A stretch of DNA of 63,597 bases, filler included, from Dimorphilus gyrociliatus (GCA_904063045.1; 4 parts of 4 records of this genome joined end to end with filler, not necessarily neighbours in it), one strand, 5' to 3'. Numbered from the whole stretch's first letter, positions 11,552-23,858 are shown. The notes: generated by a model from the sequence alone, not told the origin. Made by a program: numbers and translations.

Positions 11552-12097
11552 ATGACGGCTGTAATTCCCAATCTCGATTTATTAATGTATGATGTTGAAC
11601 ATTGTTCATCATCAATTACGATTTTAATCTATCACACAACCACGGAAGTTAGACAAGTTGGATTTGCTGTTTTTATTGACGGACAATGGAAATACGTGCT
11701 GAATTATAGACAAACAAAACATTCAAAAATAGTGGTTACTATTCATTTGGTTCACACCACAGAAAATATAACCACTACCCAAATTCATTGGAAATTTACT
11801 TCTACTGAAAGAAGATGGAAGAAGAAGGCTTTGAAAGTTGTAAAACAACTATTGAAACCTAAAGATAGAGTCTATAATATCCTTTCTAGAAGTGGAGCAT
11901 TTAATGTTGAGAGGAATATAAATAGATTTGACTCAACTGCAAATAATAATGAACAAGGACAAGAGGAAGAGCGAAGGCAGCGTCGTAAGAGAATTGGTTC
12001 AATTATGGCATCTATATTTGGATTTTCTTGGGTTGTTCGCATAGTTCGGTGCTGTAGGAGAAGGCGCGAACGGAGGAGATTGGTTGAAGAAGCATAA
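11552..12097 (+). CDS. Hypothetical protein, 181 aa, no family recognised
   Basis: A clean ATG-TAA ORF, long for this AT content. The C-terminus has a hydrophobic segment, then CC and a poly-Arg tail. Confidence 0.55.
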   Translation: MTAVIPNLDLLMYDVEHCSSSITILIYHTTTEVRQVGFAVFIDGQWKYVLNYRQTKHSKIVVTIHLVHTTENITTTQIHWKFTSTERRWKKKALKVVKQLLKPKDRVYNILSRSGAFNVERNINRFDSTANNNEQGQEEERRQRRKRIGSIMASIFGFSWVVRIVRCCRRRRERRRLVEEA

Positions 12098-12543
12098 ATA
12101 TTATTCAATTTTTTCACAATATAATGGAAAAGCATTTGCGAATCGTCTGATTCGAGTAAACAAATCTTTTGTCAATATCTATCTCTTATTAACCTCATCA
12201 AGATCAATATAACAGAGGATATTCCCCCTGTTAATCACAGAGAAATTAATTAATACTCAATGATATTACTGAAAAAAATACATACAATAAAAGAAGCTTA
12301 CTTTATTTAAGGTGAAACCTATTGATGATTAGCTAAAAACTTTAAAAGATTTAATATGATATATTAAAAAGAGATAGGAAGATTTTTCATTCAAATGATG
12401 GCTAATAAAAAAGATTAAGCAACACCTGTAGGCTCTAATTAATGTAATGTCTTATTTTGTTCAACATGCACAAAATCATTACTTTTTTAAGGAGAGATTG
12501 TAGCTGTCTTTAAAACTGCAAATTGCAGGTAAAACTAAGAAAA

Positions 12544-13482
12544 ATGAACCGAATCTTTGAAAATACTACCATTAATCTTCCTGCATTTTACAACGATGGT
12601 GGAAAATTTATGGCTTTGGAAATTCTTTATTATTGTTTTTATGCTTTTGGAATAGTAGTCAATGCTGTAGTATTACTTACTTTTATCAAGTTTAAACAAG
12701 TACAAGAAACAGTTGTAATATTCGTTCCAGCTGTTACAGTATCAGATATTTTAACATTGGTATGGAGTTTAACAGAATTGCAATTATTAAGAACATTAAA
12801 TCTGGAAAGAATATATCCAGTTTTTTGTATCTTAATCTATTTAATTAGAATAATAATTTACACTCAATCACAAATATTTCTATTATTTTGCTTTATATTC
12901 AGATTCATTATGATTAAATATCCTTTTCATTTTCATACAATTTTAACATCTAAAAGAACAGTTCTTATTGTTCTATTTATTATTTTATTGTCTTTCTTTT
13001 TATGCTTATTTCCGTGTTATATACCATTATTTGGTTATTCGAAAAATGGGCAATGTCAAGGTCGAATGGTGTATAAAATTGAATTTTATTTTATATACCA
13101 AGCCCTTTTTCTACCAAATATTTGTGGAGCTCTAATACTACATATACTTATTTTAAAACTAGCTAAAAAGCATGCCAATCAAATTCAAGTTCAGACTAAA
13201 AAAATGAAAAATATTTCAAAATCTTCAAAAGCAACTTTATTACAATTAATCTTGACGACATTCTTATGGATATCATATTCAATGATATTATGTATTGCAT
13301 TTTATTATCCAAGTTCTATTTCTATAAAAATATTGAATTTTGCTAATGCAATATCATTTACTCAAGCACTATTTAATCCAATAATAACAATAATTGGAAA
13401 TTCTTCAATCAAATTAGCTATATTGAGTATTGTTAGAAAAAATGTAAAAATATCACCACAAGGCAGTCGTGTTACCAATTAA
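12544..13482 (+). CDS. Divergent class A GPCR (FRF in place of DRY)
   Basis: Seven hydrophobic segments, GIVVN in TM1, SD in TM2, FRFIMIKYP after TM3 and NPIIT in TM7. Intronless; ATG at 12544. Confidence 0.85.
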   Translation: MNRIFENTTINLPAFYNDGGKFMALEILYYCFYAFGIVVNAVVLLTFIKFKQVQETVVIFVPAVTVSDILTLVWSLTELQLLRTLNLERIYPVFCILIYLIRIIIYTQSQIFLLFCFIFRFIMIKYPFHFHTILTSKRTVLIVLFIILLSFFLCLFPCYIPLFGYSKNGQCQGRMVYKIEFYFIYQALFLPNICGALILHILILKLAKKHANQIQVQTKKMKNISKSSKATLLQLILTTFLWISYSMILCIAFYYPSSISIKILNFANAISFTQALFNPIITIIGNSSIKLAILSIVRKNVKISPQGSRVTN

Positions 13483-13699
13483 TGTAAATGGCAATAATTC
13501 TTCAGTTTTTCAAATGAACAGACACTACTCTAAACCACCAATAAAACCACATTTAAAACCACAATTTTATATATTGCAATGGTATTTTTCAACAAAGTAT
13601 TGTATTTATAAACTGATAAAAATTCCAAAAATGAAACAATGGAAAAATCAAATTTAGGTTTTTATAGTGAGATGGAAAGTGGATTTTTTGTTAATAGTG

Positions 13700-14070
13700 T
13701 ATGACTTGAACATTTATCAAACAGTTTAAACTTGTTTAAATGAAGAACAAAGTATAAAGTTGAGAAAATTACCCTCAAATTTGTTCCCATTTAGATCTTG
13801 ACTTGTCTTGGTCTGATTTGAATGAAAAACAAAGTAATGAATTGGGAAAGTGTCTCAGGAATTTCTCTAAAATAGAAACAATAGATTTAACATTCAATAA
13901 CAAAATTGAAAGTAGATTTTTGGATATTTGCGAAAGATATCAACAGTCATCAACTATCTTAAAGAATCTTCACTTGACAGAGTATTGTTTGAATGAAGAA
14001 CAAAGCACATAATTGGCAAATTTCTTGAAGAATTATCCTCAAGTAACTAATTTAATCATCATAAAATACA
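13700..14070 (+). pseudogene. Decayed RNI-like LRR fragment
   Basis: LSWSDLNEKQSNELGKCLRNFSKIETIDLTFN...CLNEEQST*LANFL, with stops and a disrupted 5' end. Boundaries are approximate. Confidence 0.65.
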
Positions 14071-14243
14071 ACTTCATAAAAATAAAGCAAAACTGTATTA
14101 ATTAGTTATTAGTAATTGTTTTGAATAAAAGAATTTAAATATAGAGGGAGCCAGGTGTAATAATATCACTTGTTAAATTAAATTTCTCTGTAGGCTCAAT
14201 GCTAAATCCATACTTTTCATTCTTCTATCTTTTCTAGCTAGTG

Positions 14244-15179
14244 TCAATAAACTGGTACAACAGCTTTCTTGCAATAAAATAGACAAATTAATGATGATTT
14301 TAATGATGAATTACTTAGAATTGATATAATTAGATCAAAAATTGTATGTAAAATCATCATTGAATTGAAATATTTAACAATGCTGAGCATATTCAAATTG
14401 AGTGTATGAACATACGACAATCCACACATAGATAAAAACAACCATAGAAAAACCATTAATAATAATTGTATTAAAGTTACTTTTGATGATTTTGAAATAT
14501 TTTTTGACTTATTTGTTTGAATTTCAATATCATTTGCATGTTTTACAGCAATACCTATAATATTTATATGTAAAATTAATGCTCCAGTAAGATTTAACAG
14601 GAAAAAGGCTAGATAGATAAAGTAGTATTGATAGGGAAATCTATAACGACCTTGACATGTGACCAAATCATCTTTTCTAGTTGATTTGATATATAATGGA
14701 AAATAGCTTTGAATAGCTGAAAGTATTACAATAAATTTAATAAGAAAAAATGATCTTGTAGCTGTTAAATACATTTTAAAATGAAGTGGATATTTAATCA
14801 TTATATATCTATATACAAAACAAAATAACATAAATATTTGGGATAGGTTATAAATAGTAACATCTATTAATTTTATTATGGAACATAAAATTGGATTAAT
14901 CATTTCCAAATTCCAATACATATCCATTATTGATTCAATAATCATCCAAATTGGCATTACAAGATCACAAACTGCAACTGCTGGAATAAATATTACAATT
15001 GTATCTGGAATAGTTTTCAGTCTAAAATATATAAAAAGGAATAAACCATTTAATAATATTCCAAATGTTGATAATATATAATGAACAATTTTTGGAAGAT
15101 CTATTACTCCAGTTGAATGTAGAAAGATAGACGGATTATAAGTTATTAATTGTGTAACATTTTCAACAGTGTTGTTCAT
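14244..15179 (-). CDS. Divergent class A GPCR (YRY in place of DRY), paralogue of 12544-13482
   Basis: Seven TM segments. Shares A.KHAN.I..QT.K.KNISKSSK.TL.QL and .RY/FIMIKYP with its neighbour. ATG at 15179. Confidence 0.85.
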   Translation of the reverse strand: MNNTVENVTQLITYNPSIFLHSTGVIDLPKIVHYILSTFGILLNGLFLFIYFRLKTIPDTIVIFIPAVAVCDLVMPIWMIIESIMDMYWNLEMINPILCSIIKLIDVTIYNLSQIFMLFCFVYRYIMIKYPLHFKMYLTATRSFFLIKFIVILSAIQSYFPLYIKSTRKDDLVTCQGRYRFPYQYYFIYLAFFLLNLTGALILHINIIGIAVKHANDIEIQTNKSKNISKSSKVTLIQLLLMVFLWLFLSMCGLSYVHTLNLNMLSIVKYFNSMMILHTIFDLIISILSNSSLKSSLICLFYCKKAVVPVY

Positions 15180-15602
15180 TTTTATCAACAATTTCAACAA
15201 ATTTCTTTTTTATGAGAGAAAGCTAAAGGAAATCTGCTTAGATAGATAAAAAATCCTATAATTGCTTAGTGCTAATTGTCTAATAAAACATTTATTATAC
15301 TTAGTAACTTTACTAACATTAGACCTCATGAATTTATTATCAACCACTTTATTGATTATTGTCATCCCAAGCACAAATCTAGAACAAACAGGAGCAGTAT
15401 GAAGGAAATATGAAAACTTGTCAAACAATATAACTATACTTCTCCTCCCAATTTCAATCTAAATTAGTACAAAATTAACAGTATAGATTCATAATAAACA
15501 CTACTCAGTTTGCAAAATTACCATAGTAACCATAAAGTCTATAGATATATATACATATATTGTATATCTGCTCAAAAAAACAAGTCAACAAAATATTTTC
15601 TA

Positions 15603-18600
15603 ATGGTAACTGCTAAAGAATTGACAATTTTTCAAATTTATTTAATAGTTTCACATATAAATTGTTCATGTGATATTGGCAATGGTAAACCTTTCTCGTA
15701 CTACTTAGATGAACGAAATGTCACTTATCATATAAAGCCATTAATTGAAAATCAAATATTTATTTATGGTAAAATCTATTTAAAAATAAAAAATAGTCCT
15801 ATTCAACATAATCTCGCTTTTGGCCGAGATATTGGAAAAGAACAACATGAACAACTTTGTAGGATGCTTGGATATGATGATATACACTTCATAGCTCAAG
15901 TTTGTGAACCAAAAACTGGTAGAATTATTCTTAATGTTTTTTATTTACTGTATTTATACTTAAAAAAATCACGCATGCGCGTTTAGATTATTTATCACTA
16001 ATACCAATCAAGAAATTTGGAACATATATTTTGTAAGTGTCTCATATAAACATTATATTATAGACTAGAGAAGCTAGCAATACTTGTTCATACCAAAGCC
16101 AATTGGTATGAAACATCTTCCTTGTCACTTTTCTGGTAGAACCAGATGGATTTTATACCAATCATCTAGCCTTTCTTAAATGTTTTCCTTCTTTTCTGTA
16201 TTATTTTAGACAAATTTTAAAAGAGAATCCATTTTATATTGGTTCATTTTGTTTGAAATGTTTTAAAATTCAATCAATGTGTCTGTATAGCTTTTATTTC
16301 AAAAATCAACACAAAAAGAGAATATTCTCATTTATATTAAAATGTTTCTTTAGTTTTTTTTTCCATATTACAAAATGCTGGAAAAGGAATTTATAGAATT
16401 TTTATGAGATTTCAAAAACAAAATTACAAAATAGTGAAAGAAATTTCAAATTCAAAACTACAAATTTGTGCTAAAAGTGAATTTTATAAGAATAATAGAG
16501 ATACAATGAAATTTAATGAAAAGAGAAAAATTATGATTAGGTATAATAAGAATAATAGTCTACAATGGAATATTATTGAGGAGGATAGTAAAAGAACAAA
16601 AACAAATTTTCAATCCATTCTCTGTACTAAAGAAGAAATGAATGGTAACCATACTATTTTTTTAAATGGATGATAGGATAGAAATATCCTGTGAGATATG
16701 ATATAAAGCTTTTTTAAAAAATCTCCTTTTTGATTTGTAGATTTCACTTTCATTAAAATGTCATCATTTCAAAAAATATATATATTTTCTAGAAACTTTA
16801 CTGAGCACAGTTCCTATGTTGTTTCATCAAGAACTCTGGGATATTTCCCATTAGCTTTTAGCCAAATTTCTGATAATCTCATGATGAAATTCATATGTAG
16901 AATTGAAGGAAAAGTAAACATCCCAGTTCATCCTTATGGACAGATGATTTCAAAAGTTCTTGTAAGTATTTGGGAAATTTGACAACATTCTATTGTTTCC
17001 AATTGAATTATCTGTTGCAAAGGCGAATGATTGTCCTCAACTAAGTTATTATTGGGAAAGAAGAGAAGTGCCATTATTTACGGATTGTAACTGGAATACA
17101 TTAAAATGTAGAGAAGTTGAGCTAAATTTTGGACAACTTATAATAACTTTATGCACTGAACCTCCTTCAGGTGCAAAATGCATTTTTTTTACTTTTTATC
17201 GTATTAATACTGCAATACTGTCTCTTTTCTCTCTCTCTCTGTCGTTTTTACTAGATTATAATCTTTATTTCATTCAACAAGACCATAAAATTTTAAAGAA
17301 AAAAACAAAATTTAAAGAGATAAATTCAGTTGAAGGAATTTTATTACTTTTTTATCAAAATGATTGGTATAGTGTGAGATCTGGTGAATTAAAAAGTTAC
17401 GAATTGATGAATATTTGTCAATACTTTGGATTTACAACGGGAACATTAAAATATATTTATCCATCAGTTTCTTTAAATAATCGTTTAACGTTTTCTATAA
17501 AATGTCCATCTCCAAACGATTTCTCTCAATGCAATATTTCACTTTCAAAACTATCAGAAATAAAGTTTGTTCAAAATTATTTTTGTAAAATTTTGTCTAC
17601 TTTTATTTTTTTATTTAATTAGAAACACTTTAAATAAAAATCCTAGATATATTGTCTTAAAATGCAGTAATAACTTTGGTAAAACTGTTGTTATTATTTA
17701 TAAGAAAAGTTTAGAAATATCTCTTGTCTTTTCCCCTTTTTTCATCTAGATTTTTCATGTTTAAAACCAAATGAATTTAGTTTAGAATATGGTTGTTATA
17801 TACAAATTGACTATGAAAAAAGATTATCAATAAATCAAATATCAAAAGAATGTCATTTGAGAAATGGATCTCTATTTTATCATTCAAAATTAGAATATAT
17901 ATTCTTTTCCCATGTCTCAAAAGGTACAGGAATAGATTATCATAAAGGAAAGCAAGATCTTCCCGGAAGTAATAATATTATTTTTCTATGATTTAAATAT
18001 ATTTGTATTGGTATTTGTTTCCATAAAGAGTTAAAAGTAATTAAAGATGTAAACGAACGTGAAATTCTTGTATATGATGATGGAAAACCATCTGATTTTT
18101 ATGGATTTACAGTCAGTCCAGAATCAAAGTAAAAAAAAGAAATGAATTTTGAATGAAAAAAATTAAACGTTTCATCCCATTTTTTCCTGTAGATTTTTAA
18201 GAAATTGCTTTAAAATCTTTGGCTCTGCAAATGTTAATAATAATTTCCATGTAAAAAATGATCAAAGATGTTTCTCTATTGAAAATATGGATTTTGGAAA
18301 TAATCAAATTGATTATAGAATTGTTCCAAATAGTTGTGATTTAAGATTATTTGTAGACAGTATTTGTAAAGTTCCATGTATGATTAAAATAAACATAAAA
18401 AATTAAGCCAATATAATAGAAACAATCCTAATTCTAATGCTTTTTTAATAAAGATAAATATAAATTTTCCTTATCAACTGAATTAGAGAATAAAGAATTT
18501 AAAAGTTGCCCTGAAAATTTTTTCCATTGCAATCAGACTGCTATTTGCATTAATATAATTAATGTTTGTGATGGTATAAAAGATTGTTATTTGGGTGAAG

Positions 18601-21306
18601 ATGAAATCAATTGTACAATCTCTCAAAAATTTTCATGCGATTCAAACAATTCAATTCCAATTCAATTTGTTTGCGATTTTGTTTATGACTGTTCAAATAA
18701 ATTGGATGAAGAATATTGTGGTAAATCTGAAAATATAAGATAAATTGGTATTATTATTCTTTATATATCAACATTTAGAGAGTGTGCAATGTTTAGAGAA
18801 GAAAATGTAATAAATTCAATTTATATGAAGATATTCAATTCAAAATATGAAACAATTTTTACAGGTGTGATAATAAACAATGTCTTAATAAGGAATATTT
18901 TTGTGATGAAGAGAAAAATTGTTTTGATGAAAGTGATGAAAAATGTTCATTTGAAGGTGAAGGTCTTTTTTTGTATAGAAATGAATCAAGAATATAAATA
19001 TATTTTTCTGATAGAATGTGAAAAACAGAATAAATTTCAATGTGAAATGAAATGTTTCCCAAAAGAAAAACTATGCGATAAACAAGTAAATTGTCTTGAT
19101 GGAAGAGATGAAAAATATAATTTATGCAAATCTATTAATATAACTGAATCTAGTGAATGTTCAATATTTAAAAATCGAAAAATGAATAATAAATGCGAAA
19201 TTGTTTATACTACAATGGGAAATCTATTGACAAGAGTTCATTTTCCATTTAATGAGGTTAAATATTGTAAGAGAACATCTTGTGAAATGGGACAGTATCT
19301 TTGTAAACAGGCTGGCTATTGTATATCAATCAAGCAAGTTTGTGACAGAGTTGTTCATTGTTTATATCATGATGATGAGATTGATTGTGGTAACAACTCT
19401 TTAGTTACTAATTCCAATAAAAATCTTATATTTTATCAACAGAAAATTTTAGGCCTAAGGGATATTTGAAATGTAGAGAACAGAATCTATATATTCCAAT
19501 AAATAATACTTGTAATGGTAAAGTTGATTGTTTAAAAGGAAATGATGAATTGTATTGTAATTTGGATAGAAATTACTCTAATAATTGTCAAATTCAAAAT
19601 TTTCATACCATTCAATGTTCATTTTTTAAAAGTTCATTTGAAAGAAATACTTTAAATACTTTTAAATATGCAAATATTTCAATAAATGAAGAACTAATAA
19701 TTGGAGAATATTTGAATTATTCTATATTATCAATAGTTTCTTTATCAATTTACAACTCTTCTATTAAATATTTTCCAATTTCAAAAATATTTCCCAATGT
19801 TGCTTATCTTTCAATAAGAAATTTTAAATTGTTAAATATGACATCAATTTTAATAAAATCATTAAGAAATTTACAACAAATGACAATATTCAATGGAAAA
19901 TTATTAATAAATCCAAAAACTAGATTAAAAGATACAAAGAATTTATTATTTATAAATATTTCATTAACAGATATTTCTTATCTTAATCAGAATTTTTTTC
20001 ATGATTCTACAAATCTTATTCAATTAATTATTGACCAATCAAATATTTTTGATTTTCACCAAAATACATTTAAATTTTTGAAAAAACTTGAAAAACTTTC
20101 ATTAGAAACTACTTATTTACCTTTAAAACATAAAGGTGACCTTATAAAACCATTGATATCACTTAAAGAGTTGTACAGTGATTATTTTTCACTTTGCTGT
20201 TTCATTTGGAAATATTCAAAGAAAATTGAAAAATGTTTTCCATCATCTGCAATAGTCAATTCCTGTTCAGATTTAATAGCGTCAAAAAGTCTTGAATCAA
20301 TTCTATGGATTTTAGCAATAGGAGGATTTATTGAAAATTTTATATCCATTTTTTATAGACTAGTTTTAAATAAGGAAAAACAAAGAAGAAATCTTTTTCA
20401 TATAAGTTTATCATTTGCTGATCTTTGTACTTCAATCTATTTAATTTCAATTGGAATTGTTTCAACATTTTACAAAGGTAACTACACTGAAAATGATTAT
20501 GATTGGAGAAATAGTTTGTCCTGTACAGCTATTGGTTGGTTTTGTAGTTGGTCAATTCTAGTATCAGTTATCAGTCTATTAATTATAACAATTGAAAGAT
20601 ATATAAAAATTAAATATCCATTAAAAAGACCATTTTCAACATTATTAACAATCTATATAATTATTATTTACTTTTTAATTTCTGCTTTTATTTCTTCTTT
20701 ACCAATTTTTATTTATTCTGTAAATAATTTCTTTTGAAAATATATTTTCAAACTTTCAAAAATGTTTATTTTCTCTTTCAATTAGTCATACTACTCAAAA
20801 AGTCCTATATGTTTTACATTACATATTACAAGTGATAGAGTGGAAGGTTGGAGATTTTCATTCATAATTTTTGGATTATTCATAACGTTTATTTGTTTAA
20901 TTATATTAATTCTATATTTAAATATTTGGAAAACAACTTTAAATTCAAAAAAACTTTTGAATATGGAAAAATTTCAAAGTCAACAAAAGAATTTCAAATT
21001 GAATGTATTTTTAATAATAATTACAAATTATCTTTGTTGGTCTCCAGTATCAATTTTAGGTTAGAGAGGGAGAGAGAGAGAGAGAAATGATAGAAAATGA
21101 TAAAAAAATAATAACGTAACGTCTTTTTACATTCCGCAGGAATATATTCAGCATTTTTTAAATTTTCCATAAAAAAGGATATCTATGTTGCAATTGTTAT
21201 TGTAATCTTACCATTGAATTCTGTTATTAATCCCTTATTATACACATTCAGAGATTTAAGATTATTTTTTATCATGAAACAAAACAAGCAAAAGGAAAAA
21301 CTGTAA
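15603..21306 (+). CDS. Multi-exon LDLa-LRR-7TM receptor (GRL101/RXFP-like), with probable SRCR-like and C-type-lectin-like N-terminal modules
   Basis: At least six LDLa modules (e.g. CPENFFHCNQTAICINIINVCDGIKDCYLGEDEINC), LRRs, the hinge SLCCF...C.P....SCSDLI, TM region SFAD...IERY, and a last exon 21140-21306 with NPLLY. Introns I could join in frame: 18721-18778, a 28-nt mini-exon at 18779-18806, ~18957-19014 and 21060-21139. Exon structure from 15987 to 18480 is only partly resolved. Confidence 0.8.
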
Positions 21307-21511
21307 TTTAAAAAAAAGAGAGAAAAGATTTTCTATTATCAATAAATGTTATTCTTATCTTTTAGACAAAAAGAAATTACTGAAGCCTATAATATCAAAA
21401 TTATAAAAAGTAAATATTGCTTTAATAAGAGATTAAGAAAATTTTTGGATTAGTAAGAAAGAGGATGAATAATTAATATTCTTTTTCTTTTTCATACCAG
21501 TTTTTGAATAT

Positions 21512-21935
21512 ATGAAATATAATGAAAAATATTTTACAATGAGTAATCTTCTTCAATGTTTAAAAGATTTTAAAAACGTCTACTATTTTTACAAAATGGA
21601 AAATATTTTTGAAATTGTTAAAGATATTTCAACTCAATTGAAAATTTGTCATAATTGTGGAATTTCATGTAATAATTTAATTAATTTTCAAACTGTATTC
21701 ATAATTGTAAGTACTGTAAGATGATGATTTTGTGATTATTTCAACAAAAAATTTTTTACTGTCTCTTCTTTTTCTTAATTAGATTTGCCCCGACAAGAAG
21801 AAAAAGTGTTTTTTATCATCAAAAAATGTGATAATTGCAACCAAAGAAAATATGATGAAAGATATTGAAGCTTTAGGTTTTTTTGCTAAGAAATTACTTC
21901 AACAAAGAACAATTTTTATAAATAATTTATTTTAA
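21512..21935 (+). CDS. Possible two-exon hypothetical protein (~115 aa) with a CxxC motif
   Basis: Exon 21512-21706, GTAAGT...TTAG intron 21707-21782, and in-frame exon 21783-21935. Contains CHNCGISC. Confidence 0.35.
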
Positions 21936-22126
21936 ATTAAATGAATAAATATTTTATAAAAATGTTTGTTTTTTTTCTGTATTTAAAGTTAGTTTGTCCA
22001 TAACATCAATAAAGGAAAAAGACTTCCTTGTTCTAATATATGTTCTAATATAATGAGCAACCGTTTTTTGTTTATCGTTGCTGATTGGTAAACCATGGCA
22101 ACATTGATTTTTCGTCAAAACATTTC

Positions 22127-22285
22127 GGATACGATAGAAAACGGCTATAAAACTATAATTTTACTCTAACCGTAACCTAGTTCTTATTTTTTTTCACAAC
22201 CTTTATGAATGCTCCTTATCCTAAGTAGCTATCTTATTTCTCTTAACCATCAAATATTTTATTTATGACCGTTTTTAACCAATCC
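22127..22285. mobile_element. Degenerate MITE of the CCTAA-bearing type
   Basis: Left end GGATACGATAGAAACGGCTA; right end reverse-complements to GGATTGGTTAAAAACGGTCA. Internal CTAACCGTAACCTAG. Confidence 0.4.
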
Positions 22286-22399
22286 AAAACTTCCATATCA
22301 TCTCTTTTCCGGGAAACCAGGCAGGATGACAGTCTACTGCAAAATTAATTGATTGACTGTTTCCATTGATTTTTCTATTGCTACTTTCCATTTTGAGCC

Positions 22400-23758
22400 A
22401 TGGAGAGTTTTCTACAGATATTTCTGTCATCATTTATAATAATCTTCATTCCATGTCAATCTATAGAAAATTGTCAGGTTGAAAAGCAATATTTCGACAA
22501 TTGTACACTCTGTTCAACTGGAATGATTCCTTCAAAAACTGGTAGAAAATGTCTAAGTAAGTAAACAAGTATTTTTTTAAGATGGCAGACAAAAGTCTAA
22601 AATATGTCGTTTTTTTGTATTTATCATTCAAAATTCTTACATTTTTTTACACTTTTCTTGACATTTTATCTCTAACTGCTGTAGTTTATTTTTGTTTTAC
22701 ATAGTTTTTTTTATATTAAAAAATATAGAATGCCCAACAAATTGCCTAGAAAATCAATGTTTCGAAAAACTTTCCGGGAATGCTACAACAATATGTAAAC
22801 TGTGCAAACCATTCTATTATTTGAGTACTAATAACTTATGCCTGAGTTTGTATAATATTTTTTCAAATAATTTTAACATTTAAATTATCTGAAATTTTAT
22901 TAGATTGTCCAAAAGATTGTTTAAAATGTCAAGGTTCAAAGTGTCTTCAATGTCCATTCAAGATGATTTTAAACAAGAATTTAAATAAATGTGAACCTTG
23001 CCCCAAAAACTGTGAAGAATGTGATTGGAATGATGATATAAGTTCTGTCAAATGCTCAATATGCAATCCGTTTTACTATCTTGATGATAATCAGGATTGT
23101 CAAGGTTAAAAATATTATTTTTTTTTGTTATTTTCCTTTCTTTTAAAATATCTTTTTCACCTGTGCAGCTTGTACTACCAACTGCAAAATTTGCGGTAGA
23201 TCAAAAGATGAAGATAAAGGTGTAGTGTGTTTAGAATGCTCCCAAAAATATTATTATGATAGAATATCACTAACTTGTAAAGCTTGCAATGAATTAAATT
23301 CTGGTTGCATTAGTTGCACAAATGGTGGAAAATGCTTAAAATGTGATGAATCTTTTACTATTTCATCGAATGGTAAATGTAAAGCTTGTGTTGACGTTAC
23401 TAAAAACTGTTTAAAATGTTATGAAAATGATAATAGCAAAGCATTCAAGTGTTTAGAATGTATACCTGGCTATAACATAAATTCGGATAAGTGTTCAAAA
23501 TGCCCTAAGAGTTGTTCAAACTGCTATTTTAATAAGGGAAAAGCTTTTTGTACAACCTGTATTGAACAATATGCATTGGTCAGTAATTTGGCTTGTAAAC
23601 AATGTAAAAGTCCAAAATGTAAAAAATGTTTAACACCCAACAATGAAGATAATTGTATGATAAATGAATGTATAGATGGCTATACAAATGATTTAAGTCT
23701 ACATAATGGCCCTTGTATTGAATGTCCAAAAAATTGTAGAAAATGTCAATATGATAAA
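22400..23758 (+). CDS. Secreted or surface cysteine-rich protein with furin-like (CxxC) repeats, 3'-truncated by the spacer
   Basis: Signal peptide MESFLQIFLSSFIIIFIPCQS. Exon 1 is 22400-22556, exon 2 starts at 22729, and the last exon runs from 23169 to the gap. Tandem CP..C..C...C..C...Y repeats. Confidence 0.8.
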
Positions 23759-23858
23759 NNNNNNNNNNNNNNNNNNNNNNNNNNNNNNNNNNNNNNNNNN
23801 NNTTAATTAATTAANNNNNNNNNNNNNNNNNNNNNNNNNNNNNNNNNNNNNNNNNNNN
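23759..23858. other. Artificial contig spacer; animal-to-microsporidian-like junction
   Basis: 44 N + TTAATTAATTAA (TAA in all six frames) + 44 N = 100 bp. Confidence 0.97.

Noticed and set aside
21062-21086. (GA)n tract, and the (CT)n tract near 17226
   Set aside because: Ordinary short microsatellites in intronic positions with no effect on reading frame.
23803-23814. TTAATTAATTAA palindrome inside N runs (also 45919 and 55545) as a biological site
   Set aside because: Identical 44N-12-44N layout three times with stops in all six frames. This is an assembly or concatenation linker.
23759-23858. Horizontal transfer or integration of microsporidian DNA into an animal chromosome
   Set aside because: The only link is an artificial spacer that cuts an exon. 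There is no sequence evidence of physical contiguity.
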